A stretch of 64,000 nucleotides of DNA from Lama glama (taxonomy: Eukaryota). Made by a program: the position numbers and the translations under genes. The stretch is from assembly GCA_028534125.1 (NCBI GenBank), contig CM052817.1, positions 105,464,001 to 105,528,000 on the forward strand. Direction: 5' to 3'. The notes under the pieces were generated by a model. The model saw nothing but the letters and a program-made list of their open reading frames with translations. It did not search any database and was not told the DNA's origin. Positions 13,161-26,810 of the stretch are shown here, piece by piece (positions within the stretch are counted from its first letter, which is position 1; each line of letters begins with the position of its first letter).

Positions 13161-13299
13161 AAAAATACAACTGACCTTAGGAAGGCAGAGTGGAATAAAG
13201 CCAGCTGAGGTTAAACATTTCTCCTTACCTCCTGGAGACTCCAATTAAATGAGAGTAAAATAATAATCCCATAAAAGAGCTGGGCCATTAATGAAAAGA

Positions 13300-13990
13300 A
13301 TTTTAAATACATTTCTCAAAGGCATGGGAAAGAATAAAAGATATTTCTACAATAAACATATATGATAAAATACCCACAGCTAGCACTAAAATAAGGGGGA
13401 AAAGCATATAAATTCCAAATCTGTAACGGAAAATGATGAAATAAAAAGAAAACAAATAAATACACTGTATCCAAAAAAAAAAAACATATAAAAACAAGAC
13501 AATAGTGAGCACAAAGAAAAGTTATAGAAACAAGTCCAAAGATATCAATCATCATAATTGTCCTAGTCCATTCAGGCTGCTATAACAAAATCTCACAGAC
13601 TGAGTGGATTATAAACAACAAACATTTACTTCTTACAGCTCTGGAAGCTAGGAAGTTCAAGATCGTGGCTGGGGCAGATTTACTGTCTGGTGAGGGTTTC
13701 CTGGTCATAAACAGCCATCTTTTCACTATGTCCTCACAGGGCAGAAACAGTTAGGGATTTCTGTAGGTTCTCTTTTGTAAGAGCAGTAATCCCATTTATA
13801 AGGGTCCTACTCTCATGACTTAATCACCCCAAAGGCCCCAACTGCTAATACCATCACATTAGGCACCAGGGTCTCAGCATATAAATTTTGAAGTGATGCA
13901 TTTAGACTATAACAATAATGAATATAAATGGGCTAATCCAACAATTAAAAGAAAGAGACTATCAGATTTTAAGGTTAAGATAACTTATAT
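13300..13990 (+). mobile_element. Ancient L1M fragment spanning the ORF2 start, interrupted by an MLT1A LTR
   Basis: atatcaatcatcataat|gaatataaatgggctaa..caattaaaagaaagagactatcaga resembles the ISIITLNVNGLN..IKRxRL start of the endonuclease, split by the LTR. Confidence 0.6.
13559..13914 (-). mobile_element. MLT1A/MLT1A0-like solo LTR with 5-bp TSD ATAAT
   Basis: TG...CA termini; tagtccattcaggctgctataacaaaat..ctctcatgacttaatcacc..ctaataccatcacatt; ATAAT at 13554-13558 and 13915-13919. Confidence 0.9.
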
Positions 13991-14627
13991 GATAGCAATA
14001 CCTTTGTCATGACTTCTCATGCCACACCACACTCCCCAAATTATACATATGTAAATCTTATAAATTGTATGCACACAGTGGAAAAATAGTACAAGGCGAA
14101 ACATTTTTTTGTATTGGTCTTTGTTTTATTTTACGACAATGTAGTGAAATTTTATTATATGTAAAACTCAGTTCAAGAACCTATAGATGATTCAAAAATG
14201 AATCATAGATGGTCCTTATTATCAGCATATCATAGTCCAAAAGAACAGGGGAGAAAGACATGTGTAAAAATTAAAAAGTAAAATGAGGGTCGTGGGGAGA
14301 AAATAAGTGTGATTCAGAAGTTTAAAGGGAGAAAGAAAAATAGGTTTCTGAGTTTGAGGCCTGGGGACATTGCCTAGATTGCTCCTAAACTGGACATTGA
14401 AAGTGGATGAGACTTGAAATGCAATTCATTGAAAAAGTATATTTTCCTTCAGCTCCACTAATCTAACTCAGATTTACAATTACTGCAACAGACACAAATC
14501 ACAGGGAGCCTTGGATGCTCAAGGAACTGTTCCCTTGCTTAATCTACTAGGTCTACCTGATCTAACATCATCTCAGTTTTCCCCCTAATAGGGATGTGAT
14601 TTTTAATCCACTTTATTTAAACTCTGA

Positions 14628-14805
14628 AATCATGGTTTACCACCTTGGCTGCACATATGAATCTCCTAAAGTGCCCTTAAAAACACCGATGCCCAGGCCC
14701 TACCACCGATCAGTTAAGTCAGAACTTCTGAGGATGAGGCCCAGACAGCACCTGTTTTAATGCTCCTGAGGTGACTGGAATGTGAAACAAAGGTGAATAA
14801 CTTCT
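14628..14805. mobile_element. MER5A1-like DNA transposon
   Basis: ccttggctgcacat..gaatc..gatgcccaggccctacc..tcagaac..tgaggcccag..aggtgactggaatgtg. Confidence 0.7.
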
Positions 14806-15389
14806 TTTTCTGAGGGTCCTATTTTCTCATTCAGTATACCTTAAAAACTACTTTAAGCTGTGCCAACAATCGTCTTTGGGGTCTGAATTACCTGTTTATC
14901 TAGACTTCCTGACCATCCTCACCAGGTAAATGATAGCTCTGTCTTATGTTCACCAATTAATATAACACCAATTTACCCTGGATTGTATTTAACAAAATTC
15001 TTCTGCCTAAAACAATCCCTTTTGACCAAGAGTTACTTCACTAAAAGTGCCAGGTCTAGCCCAGTCTTTGACAGTAGAGGAAAATCAGTGACCTTCCTTG
15101 GGAAATATGAGGAACAGCAGCCCTCCACCATTCTGACATTCTCCCTTGAATTTACATAAAATATTAATTTATCACATATTATTTGAAATGCATTTATATG
15201 ACAAATGCTAAAGGATCTTTTAAATTGAGATAAAAAGTTGCTACTTTTGAATTCAGCATTGAATACATCTATACATATTTTTTCTCTGATTCCCCAAAAC
15301 TCTAAGAGCATCATAAGAGCCAAAAAAATGGAAACCCAGGAATAATGTTGATGAGTTTCATACTAATATCTATTCTATACCAATATTCT

Positions 15390-15598
15390 CTAGATCATGG
15401 TCAACAGACTATGGCCCAGAGCCCGGTTGTGTAAATAAAGTTTTATTGGAAGATAGCCATGATCATTTGTTCACATATGCCTGCATCTGCTTTTGCTCTA
15501 TAACAAGTTATGTCATCACGAGAGATGGAATGGGTCAGAAAGCCTAAAATATTTACTCTCTGGTCCTTTACAGAAAAAGTTTTCCCGAATCTACTGTA
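15390..15598. mobile_element. MER58A-like DNA transposon
   Basis: actatggccc..gtaaataaagttttattggaa..agcctaaaatatttactctctggtcctttacagaaaaagttt. Confidence 0.85.
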
Positions 15599-16743
15599 GA
15601 TTGATTTTTAAAAATCTATCACTTAAGATAACTTGTGATTACTAATTCTCCCAAATTGCTCTTTGACACTTCCTTGCAGTAAACAAAGGAAGTTCCTTGT
15701 GAGAGATCTGTTCCTCAGTGTGATACAATCTGCCTCTTTTCCCTCTTCTCATATTGTTTGTTTTTCCTTCTGTGGTACACTTTTCCTATCTTCCTTGATC
15801 TATTTAAAAAGCTGTACTTCCTTGAAATTTTAAAAGGATTGTCATATTTCTCAAATCAAGTGACAATTTTTTCTTTGTTTTCCTGGGACCAAGTCTGGGA
15901 AAGATCATTTAAGGATAATTTGAAGAGTTATTAACATAAAACAGAAATTCAAATCATGTGTCGCATAACTTTTTATTTAGTCCCTCAAACCTGGCAGAAT
16001 TCCAAAAAGTTGGATTTGTGCTAAAGATCTCATCCTGAATCATGTTGGATGGACACCCAGCCAAAATCCTGTCTGTTCCTTAGGGTGCCACGGCTGGGTA
16101 AGGACAGGAATAAATCAGTAATATCAGGTGTAATGTCTCCAGAAAGTTGGTATCAAACGTACACTATGAATGAGAAAAATGTGAAATGTGAAAAGAAACC
16201 CTTCTCAAGTAGGAGTGTTATTGACTAAATAGAGACACCATTTCCTTTTAATTGTGTCTTTGGTTTTCTTATTAGATTTTTTTTCCTCTAATAAGATAAC
16301 TATTAAAAGCAGTATTTCCATAGCACTTTAGTCATTCTCTTAAATATTATCATCTGATCTCTTTATATTCTATATGAAATATTATGATAAAGTAATACAT
16401 ATAATGGTATAAAAAATAGAAGCTTGCTCATGAAAGATGCCCTTAGAATTTATATTAGAACACTTACTCATAGTGAAATACAAAAATGATGCCCAGCATA
16501 AAATGATAACAGGCAAGGTTGCCATCAGTTGTACACAGCACAATGGCATTGGGCCAAGGCAGTGAGTGGGGCCAGAATCTAGCTTGTACCTCCCTGTTCA
16601 AACCAGGCACCCTAGGTGGGGCATATTCACCAGGGAGAGCGTTCCTCTTTCCAGGAAGGTTTATATTCACCAGTGTTTTCTTCTTTTCACAAAGGCAATA
16701 TTTGCTTGTTACGTTTTGTATCCAGAGCCATGTCCACTCAGGA

Positions 16744-17182
16744 TGAGACAGGAGAAGGGGGCAGGGAACAACCATTGAAGGAGTGACACAGCAACTGAGG
16801 ACAGGACACACTGGTTAGAACCAAGATGGCGGAAGATTCGACTCCCAGTGGACTGCGAGCCTCAAGGCACAGCCACAGGTGCCATGACAGTTCCTAGGTT
16901 GACCATAAAAGGTCCAAAAGTGGTCAGGGCCTGATTCCTGAAATCCTTGCCCCTTCCCCCAAATAGTCAGAATAATCCTCCTACTCATTAGCATATGAAA
17001 TTACCCAGCCCACAGAAACTAGCAACGCCACGCCTCGTGGTCGCTCTCCCTCTTGCCTTCTGACACAGCCTGTGCTTTTGTCTATGGAGTGTGCATCTCT
17101 CTAAACAAACTTGCTTTCCCTTTACTGTAGCTTCCTCTTGAATTCTTTGCGGTGCCAGGCAAGAGTCTATTGTCCAGCACCA
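16744..17182 (+). mobile_element. MER41-like ERV1 solo LTR with 4-bp TSD AGGA
   Basis: TG...CA ends; AGGA at 16740-16743 and 17183-17186; ccaagatggcg, gccatgacagtt, cattagcatatg, tctatggagtg motifs; homologous to 35523-36015 and 37688-38184. Confidence 0.85.
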
Positions 17183-20100
17183 AGGAGAGTGCCTTTCTTA
17201 ATTCACCAGAAGGTGCTGCAAAGCCTAAGGGACCCTGTAGAAGTAATTTGAATTTTCTTTTGAATCAACCAATTAAAACGCTGTGTCTTCAGGAAATACT
17301 AGCTCTTAATACTTTTGCATTTTATTATATCATAATAAAAATAATATTTTCTCCTTGAAAAGATGTTGTGATGATTAAAAACAATGAAAGAGCTATCTAT
17401 TCAAAATAAACTGGTAGAATATGTGTAGGAAATTTTCTTATAAAGCTCAAGATTTAATTCAATTAGTGAGTTTTATTCTTTTTTAACTTACTTTGTGCAG
17501 TAATAAAGGATGGAAAAGTTAAACCTGGAAGGTGTTCTGTAAGTTTGCTATTTACAGTATCTTTTCTTGTTACACTCTTTGTTTAACTTGCCAGAAGTAT
17601 ATTTAAATTCACCCATATATATTCACTTACATATCATAAATGATATATAATCACTTATATCTGAAATAATCATAAGTACTTTGAGCCTGTATTAGGTCTT
17701 TTTTTTCTTTTTTCTAAGAAAAAGAAAAGAATCAGATATCTAGAGTGTTAAAGGATACATTTTAAGGAAAAACCATGACTCTTACAAATATAAATTTAAC
17801 ATGTTAGGTATTTAATTAACTCATTATTTACGAGGGGACTAGGCACATTTGCACTCAGTTTGAAGAATTCATAGCGCCCTGCATTTATATGGAGTAAACA
17901 GTTGTGGACATGAACTTGCCAATCAACATTAACCTGGCTTTTGCCACAAAACTGGGAGAGAAATCAATTGACTCTCTTCCTGTCAGAATTCATTTGCAAG
18001 TCCATAGGCAAGAATTATTTTTCATCGGGGTCAGTTACCTGCAATTTACAGGGTAGTAAAATACCTTAAAGGCAATGAAAGGCTAAAGTCTAATAACCCA
18101 GAAAGTCCTGCCATAAATAGTAAGTAACTTTCCATTGGGGACACCTAATAATGTCTTTGCTTACTCCAAATTTACTTACCAAGCTATACTAGAAATCAGT
18201 GTGTGGCCTAAATGACATTCAAATCACACAAAGTGATAATCTTTAGACACAGATTATATGTCATTATTTTAATTATGGAGTTAAGAAAAAATAAATCTAA
18301 CTGAAGAAAATACAACATCACTAAACCATTATATATTTTTGCGTTAGTATATACAAGAGCATATATAAATATAGACATATGAACGTTAATGCATGTAATC
18401 TTCAAAGAGAGGGTGTTTTTATTTCCATGGCTTATAACATGTAACTCAATCAAGAAATTAGTAAGAATTTTAGAGGTATATAAAGGCAAAATCTTGATGT
18501 TCCTCTTTCCCCACAAACTAGAAAGCCAGACATTATTCTCAAATGTTTATTAACTAATTCAACAACTCACTTGTAAAACTAAATGGCTTGAAATACAAGC
18601 GGTTTGTAATTCATTTTCATCTGAAAAAAATACATGGAAAGGACAAGTGCTTAGGTAATTTTCTTCTGCTATTTATTCATAAGGTGAAAATTAGGAGTTT
18701 TACATCTCTCTATTGATTTTAGAAATTTCACACATTTTCATGAATTTTTTTTACGTAGACATATTCAAAACTCATGCTTTTAGGTTGTGGCAAAATAAAA
18801 GCAACTTTTCTTGTGTAAACTTATCTTCATAAAGCAACTCACAGCCCCTTTTTAAGTCAATACCATATCAAAGGAATATATTTCTGCACACACTGTTCTT
18901 ATTTGTATTCATATAACCACAGATTTTTTTTTTATTTACACACATGCATCCATGAATATGGTAAAAAGCAAAATGTCGGCCACGTTGCATTTCAGAGAAA
19001 GGCAACGTCGCTGGTCTTCAGATTCTTCCATCACACTTGCAGCAATTAGTTGCTATTTTTCCTTTTCCAAGAAATGGACTTCAGTACGTAAAGGTGTGTG
19101 ATGAAACTATCTTCATTTCTTTTTCCATCAAACCAATCAATGCTCTAGCAGTCTCTATTTAAGTAGAGTGTATCTTCATACCCTTTAGAACTGCACAGTG
19201 ATGATTTGACAGTGAGCATCTTTATTTTATGCTTTACAAATGTCCTCCTTGATCAATTATACAGCAGCTGCCATGATTTGCCAGCGACTCACAAATCTAA
19301 TTCATCAAACCCTTTCTTTCTTCCGAACTGTAGAGCTTCTGATCTATATCTGTTTCTTTTTCCCTCATTGAGGCCCCTGGTAGAGGTACCAGGATATCCC
19401 ACAATTAACTCAAATCCATCTCATTGAAAAATTAATTCCCCCAACCCTTGAAGATGTAGCTGCTTTCTATACTTATTTTTGAATTACTTCATTCTTTTTT
19501 TTTCCAACTTTGACAGCAGTGAAACCAATTCCCTATATTAAATATCCCATTTGAAATATCTGGTTTGGTTTTGCTTTTCATCTGGACTCTGACCTGATAG
19601 GTCATTTGATTCTTCGAACTCCTCCCAGGTTACATGCTAAACATCACACAGGGGTCCATCACTATAAATCATTTTTACATTGACCACTGGATGCCAGTTT
19701 GATTAGGTCCTGCTTCATTTTATTATTATTATTCCTATTATTTTTTTCCTTTTTGAAAGCCAAGAATTGAAGTGGCCGGTGAGGGGAATCCTCAACTTAC
19801 CAAAATATTTGTTATTCATTCATTAGGACTATTCATTCTCTCAATTTCTGGGAGCTTTTCAAAATATAATTTATCAAGACTGATTAAATGGCTATTATGT
19901 GAGCTGTTACTAGTGGTACCCTGTTGATTGTACACGTTCAAAAAAGCATTGGGAACTGTTGTTAGTTTCAGTACTCTTTTGCCACTACCATATTTTTGAT
20001 AAAATACATTTATCATATAATGTCCTCAAAATATAACTTTGACCTTAAACAAATGGTTAAAATTTAAATTTATGGAAAATGTTTGCCCCTTACCTAATTG

Positions 20101-22329
20101 AGGAAGTTATCATCTGCCAATGAACCAAGACTGACCTATTTCATATTAAAAAATATATATATTTTTCAGTTTTAGCTGCTGTAAAACTTGTGTTCAAAAT
20201 GTTTTTCTATTAGTAAGTAACATCAGGAAATGCTTGTTTTTTTTCTAATATGTAGAATATTTACTATGTTTGTTGAAAAAATTCTCCAAGGAACTACAGT
20301 GAAAAATAAAATCATTCTTTTTTAAAAAAAATTATCATTTTCCCTATATTTATTTGCTCACTGTCTCATAAGCCCAATTTCTGCTTATGACACACATAGT
20401 CTATACTTAGTGTAGAAACTTTACAATGTGAATTACTCTGCATCCTTTTGTTCACATCCCTTATATAACATATAATTTGTCCTCTGCTTTTTCTATTTCC
20501 TTTAAATCTTTGGTCAAAGTCATGATGAGCTATATTTAAAACATAAACATACTCATAAAAAAGTGCATGACTAAATAGATATTTGTTACTCATTTTGTGT
20601 GACTAAGTACGTGCCAATTAAAACAAAATGTCAAGTAGTGTCATATTTCTATGATGATGAATTAAACAGTTAACATTTATATTCTTCCAGAAAACAAAAC
20701 AATGCACATTGCCTATAGGCTATATGACCAAATCTTCTTAATATATTTTATGGATGAGTTCCTGAAGTTTCAGACAAAAATAGGGGTCCACTTTGGAAAT
20801 ATTCTGAAGAATCTATATATATATATATTAGAGAAGGGTAGATACATGTCTGTTTGAAGACATTTTCTGTTGACTATTTAATTGCTAGTACCAGGACTTA
20901 ATTTAAGATACTGAATGATCCTCTTCCACAGAGGGACACAAATTGGTAGAATCATTTGTGTTTATTTGGTTTGGGGTCAGTGAGGAGGCAATTAATGCTA
21001 GCATCCATGTTATGACTGATCAAAATATGAAATCAGCTGTGCCTAAAAGAAGTAATGACAACACATAGTGACAACCCCAGGGACATGGCTTTTTGCAAAT
21101 TACATTTATTCAAATAAATTGTTTATGAATCATCATCATATTGAGATTAAAAAACTCCAGTAAGGTGATTTTGCCCCTCCCACACATAATACATACAAGA
21201 GATCTCTTCCCAAATCCAAGCTATAAATTGTTACATATATTAACTCACTTCACCATTGAGCCTGTATGAAAGTATCTATCATAAAACAAAATGGCAACCA
21301 TGATGTTATAAACGCTACTGTTGTCATGGTTAGTGTGTGATGGTACTTGAATATTTACAGTTGATTAGAATTAGATTTGTTTTGGGAAGAATATTTCTCT
21401 ATGTTAAATTTAATGGGATAAAAACATAACCAGGGGTTGATCCCCATTCATGACTATTATCTTGTTCGTTTGCTTGACAAAAAAGCGTCAGGTAGGCTAA
21501 ATAGAAAATATATGAAGTACAGAAGAAACCTCTTTTTCACTCTCACTTTTGTATCTTTCTGTGATGAATGAGACAGAGTAACTGAGATATTAGGAGATGA
21601 CGGATGTGAACCCTTGACTGAATGAAATAACCAGTGACCAGAAGAAGGTGTATGATTATCTTCCTAACTGGAAACTTTTCACATCAAACTGCTCAAGGGA
21701 CCCAGGGATCACAGATAAACTTCAGGAAGAAATTAACTCAACCATACCTTCTACTCTATAAAAATTTAGTGATACACGTAATGCTTTAGGGAAGAGTACA
21801 GTATTCCTGTAAGAGTACACTTCTGGGTTTGTTCCAAGCCAACACTATGCTTAATGGTTGCTTGATCTACATTTTTCATGTGAAAGTATTACAGTGTTTG
21901 CTTATCGTTGTGGTTTATCAAGTTTGCCTGGTAATTATGTTGCCATTTGATTTTTGAAACTATTTTGTTAAGCACATACACAAAATCATGACGTTTTGAC
22001 AGCCGTGGTGAGTCATAGCTGTTCTTATTATGTAGTGTCCTTAATGATTGTTGGGGAAATTAAAAGTCATACTAACCAAAAGGCCTTTCTGTCCCAATAT
22101 GGCAGAAAGAAAAAACATAATTTATTATTGAATATGCATATCAGAGTATGTGCATGCAGGCAGTCCTCAGAAGATTGTAAATTCTTGACAAATTTCACAC
22201 AAATTTGTGGAGTATCACAAAAGAAAGAATAATTAAGTCTTCTCTGTCTTCTCCAGAGACAAATACACACACCTTGTGAATTCCATGCAACTCATGAGAA
22301 ACATCTGAGTTAATTTCTGAATGATGCAC

Positions 22330-22530
22330 TTATAATTCTAGGATCAGAAGTTTCTTAATCTCTCACATAAAGTCAAATGTCAGGCCTGTTATTGGGGTCA
22401 TTATGTTTTGAAGGATTTGGTATAGTAACTGCACTTACTGCATAGGATTGTTATAAAGATTAAATGACTTACCTGTAAAGTACTTAGAATAGTGCCAGCA
22501 CACAATTATTGCTGTGTAAATATTGTATCA
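22330..22530 (+). mobile_element. MIR SINE fragment
   Basis: cataggattgttataaagattaaatga..gtaaagtacttagaatagtgccagcacaca. Confidence 0.65.
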
Positions 22531-23967
22531 GAATCATTATATGCCTATGGCTTCAGAGATATGAATAGCACATCTTCCATAAGATCAACACAAACAATAA
22601 CATTTTCACTGAAAACCACCTATTGGAGTGATGTTGTAAAAGTATTGGACACAGTTATTTGGTGTTTCAGAATTACTAAGAGACCTGCTTTTAATAGAGT
22701 TACATGAATCTTAGTTTTGACTCGACTCGATGCAGTGATAGACCTCCTTTTTTGTAACTTGGTTAATTTTTAAAACTATTTTTGTCAAATTCTTTAAAAA
22801 TTAAAGACTATCTTTTATATTTCTTCACTCCTAGAAGTAATATAAATCCAGGTACTGTAAATCAAAATTAATAACCTCTGTAAAACACAACAAGAAATAT
22901 AAGAACTATGTGGTATACTCTTTAAGGAATATCCAGTCACATTTTAACAGCAACTGTAGGATTGTGAAAAGGCGAAAGGCCTGACATATCATGTACAAAA
23001 TATTTGTAGAAAGATTGTCAGCATAAAACCAGAATTGATTAGAAAAACTTATTTCACAAACCGTTTAACAGCATTAGCGATCGTATATTTTTTCTAGGCT
23101 GTATGCCTTTTCGTATGAAGTATATTATATTTTCTTGGTTTTGACTAGAAAGATAATGACTTGAAAGACTGTTAAATTCACTAAACATTAAAATCACACA
23201 TTTGAGCAGTTATGATAATTACTATTATAAGTTGTATTTACTTCAGGTAAGATAAATTCACATTTTCCACTTCGGTTCTCAAGCCCCATTCAAGATACTC
23301 ATCCCCCTTGTCTCATATGCTGTTTTATTCTGTTGTGTGTTCCGTCAGCATTCTCTGCATCTTTATAATATGTGATCGTGTTTGTGAGGATGATGAGAGA
23401 GGGTGTTGATAGTACGTCATAGCTAAGCTGTGTACTTGCTCCAAAGTGTGTCCCCTTTGAAGAATATAATTGGAAACAGAGCATGGGGTGCCTAATCTTG
23501 TCTCTCAAGGACACTTTAATTAATGTTCTTTCAAGGCAAAGAGAGCAAAGTGACCTGGTTACTTGAGCACTTTTACTGAAATTCTAGTATATGATCACAT
23601 TTACTGAGCTAGAAAATCAAACCCTCTTTTAATATTGCTTGCAGAGATTTGTAGGCAGTCCTCAATGATAATGTGGAACATAACTGACAAAATATATATC
23701 ACAAGTAACAAAGTGTTTGGAGAATGAATATTTAACTCACAATGCTTTCCTTTTCTTCCCAGTAAGATCAATTTCCAAAATTAATCAAGAGGCATGTCGA
23801 TTAAATTAGTTGTGTTTTTAATCATTTTCTTTTAACAATTCAACAATGTTTAAGGAGGTATGAAATTAAGCCCAATCACATTGTGCATGTGTAGAGAGTA
23901 GGGGAAGGCTAGTGGAACCAATGTCTCTTGGAAAATACAATCCCTTATTAACTAAAAACATCCCCTG

Positions 23968-24768
23968 TAGAACAACGAGATGCCACTATGCACCTCTTAG
24001 AATGGTGAAGTCCAAAACACTGACAACATCAAATGCTGGAGAGGATGTGGAGCAACAGGAACTCTCAATCATTGCTGATGAGAATGCAAAATGGTGCAGC
24101 CACTCTGGAAGACAGCTTGGAGGTTTTTTATAAAACTAAACATAATCTCACATATGATCCAGTAATTATGCTCCTTGGTATTTATCCAAGGGAGCTGAAA
24201 ACTTAAACTCATACAAATATCTAAACGTGGATGTTTAGAGCAGCTTTATTCATAATTGTCAAAACTCAGAAGCAACAAAGATGCCCTTCAGTAGGCAAAT
24301 GATAAACTGTAGCATACTGAGACAGTGGAAGCCAGTCTGAGAAGACTACACCCTGCATGAGTCCAACTATATGACAGTCTGAAAAAGGCAAAACTATGAA
24401 GACAGTAAACAGATCAGTGGTTGTCAGGGGTTAAGGAGGACAGAGAGGAACAGGCAAAGCACAGAGGATCTTTAGGGCAGTGAAACTATACTGTATGATA
24501 CATGTGCATACACGTCACTATGTATTTGTCAAAACCCATAGACTATGTAACACCAAGAACCCCAAGTGCTTAATGAACTGTGATATAAATGCTGAACTTT
24601 TTGTGACAATGGTATGTCACTATATGTTCATTGATCATTGTGGAGTGTTGATAGTGGGGCAATCTGTGTATGTTGAGGGGTCAGAGAGTTTATGGAAAAA
24701 TCTATACTTATGCTCAGTTTTTCTGTGAAAATAAAACTGATCTAAAAATAAAGTCCGTTGTTTAAAAA
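23968..24768 (+). mobile_element. L1MC-type LINE 3' end (ORF2 C-terminus and 3' UTR), sense
   Basis: caaatgctggagaggatgtggagcaacaggaactctc..gaaaaaggcaaaactatgaagacagtaaa..tttgtcaaaacccataga..aaaaataaagtc. Confidence 0.85.
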
Positions 24769-26179
24769 TTTTCCTCTCTATAGAAAAATAATAAGGTTTT
24801 CAATGTACAAAGTTATGAAGTGGTATGTATATGTGTGTTTATATTAGTAAATTTCAAGAATTAGAAAAGTATCTGAAACATAGCAATTTTACATTAATCT
24901 TATGTGTAACTGTAAACACCTTTTAATATGAATATTTAAGTAAATTTATGTAATATGAGACAATTTATACCCTTATCTTTTCTACATCTAAATAGATACT
25001 CCATTTAAAGTTTATCTTAATTTTGTTCAGACTATTTTAACCAAGATAGTTTAAATTCCTTCCTACACATCATTTAATAACTTACAAATTAATATAAGTA
25101 GAATGGTTTTCCATGGTTGAATTTGATTCATATGTACATATTAAATCAACATACTTAAGTTTTGATATATTCCCTAGGCTACAAATAGAAAATATTTTTC
25201 TAGCAGTTTAAAAAAGATTTCAATTAGCAGTTACTGAATAGTCTGAGGAAAAATCAATTCTGGTATGCATTCTAATAAAATAATAGAAATGACACTACCA
25301 TAAGAGCATTTAATTTGTATTCTTTCGATTTCTAAGAAGTCAGCTTATATTAAAATTAAACTAATAAAATTCTAATTATAAATGCTAAAAAGAGACAAAT
25401 AATATTCTTCTAACATTCATTGTAAATAATTCTAATATTTAGATTTGAATATTTTTGTGTTGGCAGGAATTGGTACTTTTTACTAATGGATGGGGGTGGT
25501 GGATAAAAGTGTAATTTCACAGAGATAAGAACAAATTAAAGCCTTTGAAAAACTCATACTAGGCATAGCTGATAGAATCTGTAAGTTGAGCACTTTTGTA
25601 CTCAGAACAGATGACTGTCAAACATGTAAAATGTAATTATCCCCATTTCCGTAGAGACTGGGAGAGGCACCACCAGCTACACAAATGCAGCCATTTGAAA
25701 GTCAGAGATTCTGCATGGTTCCAGGACCCAAAAGGCCGGGTGGATTTTAACTGCCCGAGTCCAGAGTCAGCATGGCCCCAGAGGCAGCACATTCATGAGA
25801 AGGGGTGGTACAGATCCCACCAGGTGGGACCTCAAGTGTCTTGTTCTCAGTTTCTAGAGCAGGGACAGCAGAAGGGATTCATAACCAGTCTCCAAGAGCA
25901 GGAAGTGAGCTCAGGAGAATATTTCTTTCCCTTTCCTTACACCAATCTAATGCCAAATGTTGGTTAAGTATTGAGAAAGGAGTTCTATCAAAGCAAACAA
26001 ACAAATAAAAATTCCTTACCCTCCTTCCTGGTGTTATTCGTGGATGTGGTTTCTTAATCTACATCAATGTTTATTTCTAAGCATCTATTCTTTTTTTCAT
26101 TAATATTGCTATTTCTTTTTTACACATTGATATTTATTAAAAGGGTGGTAACCATTTAATACTTCTAAATCTTCATTTT

Positions 26180-26520
26180 GTTTTTACTCATTTTAATCCA
26201 TTGTAATATGAATTCTCCATTTATTTGCTAAAATTTTTCTTTAATGTCACCAGTTGCCTCCACCTTAGGGCATCCCATGGGTGTGTTTTACGGTTTATAT
26301 TGCTTTTACTCTGAAGCATTGAACGGGTCATAACACCCTCTTTCTTGAAAAGTCCTTTTCCCTTTAGCTTCCTTGTCAGTACTTTCCTGTACTTTTCCTG
26401 CTATTTCTCAGATACTCCTTTTTCCCCCTCCCTTTACAAGTTCTTTCTCTACCTGTAATTGGAGCAGTGATATCACCTGGAGTTTGTTATTCTATTTGTC
26501 TTTCGCTTTTCAAATAACCC
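26180..26520. mobile_element. L2 LINE fragment
   Basis: aatgtcaccagttgcctccacc..gcattgaac..ctttcttgaaa..ttagcttcc. Confidence 0.5.
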
Positions 26521-26609
26521 TTAGATGAAGGTGCTGAACCCATGTATCAGTTGATTTTAAAACTGAGTTCTGAGGATAAGAAAATTAGGAAATAAAGGAT
26601 AAAGGAGAT

Positions 26610-26810
26610 ATTGCCTGGGTGTACAAATCACTGTGTTCTTATCTCGCTGTGTAACTTTGAACAAGTTATTGACTCTCTGTGCCCGAGTTCTTCATCTATA
26701 GAATAGTAGTAATTTTACGGTCTTTCTTGTTGAATTGTGAGCAGAGTTAAATGATTTAATATGCATGAAGTTGATGGAACATAGGAAGCCTGCATTACAT
26801 GTATCTGTTA
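26610..26810 (+). mobile_element. MIR SINE fragment
   Basis: gctgtgtaactttgaacaagttattgactctctgtgcccgagttcttcatctataga. Confidence 0.75.
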
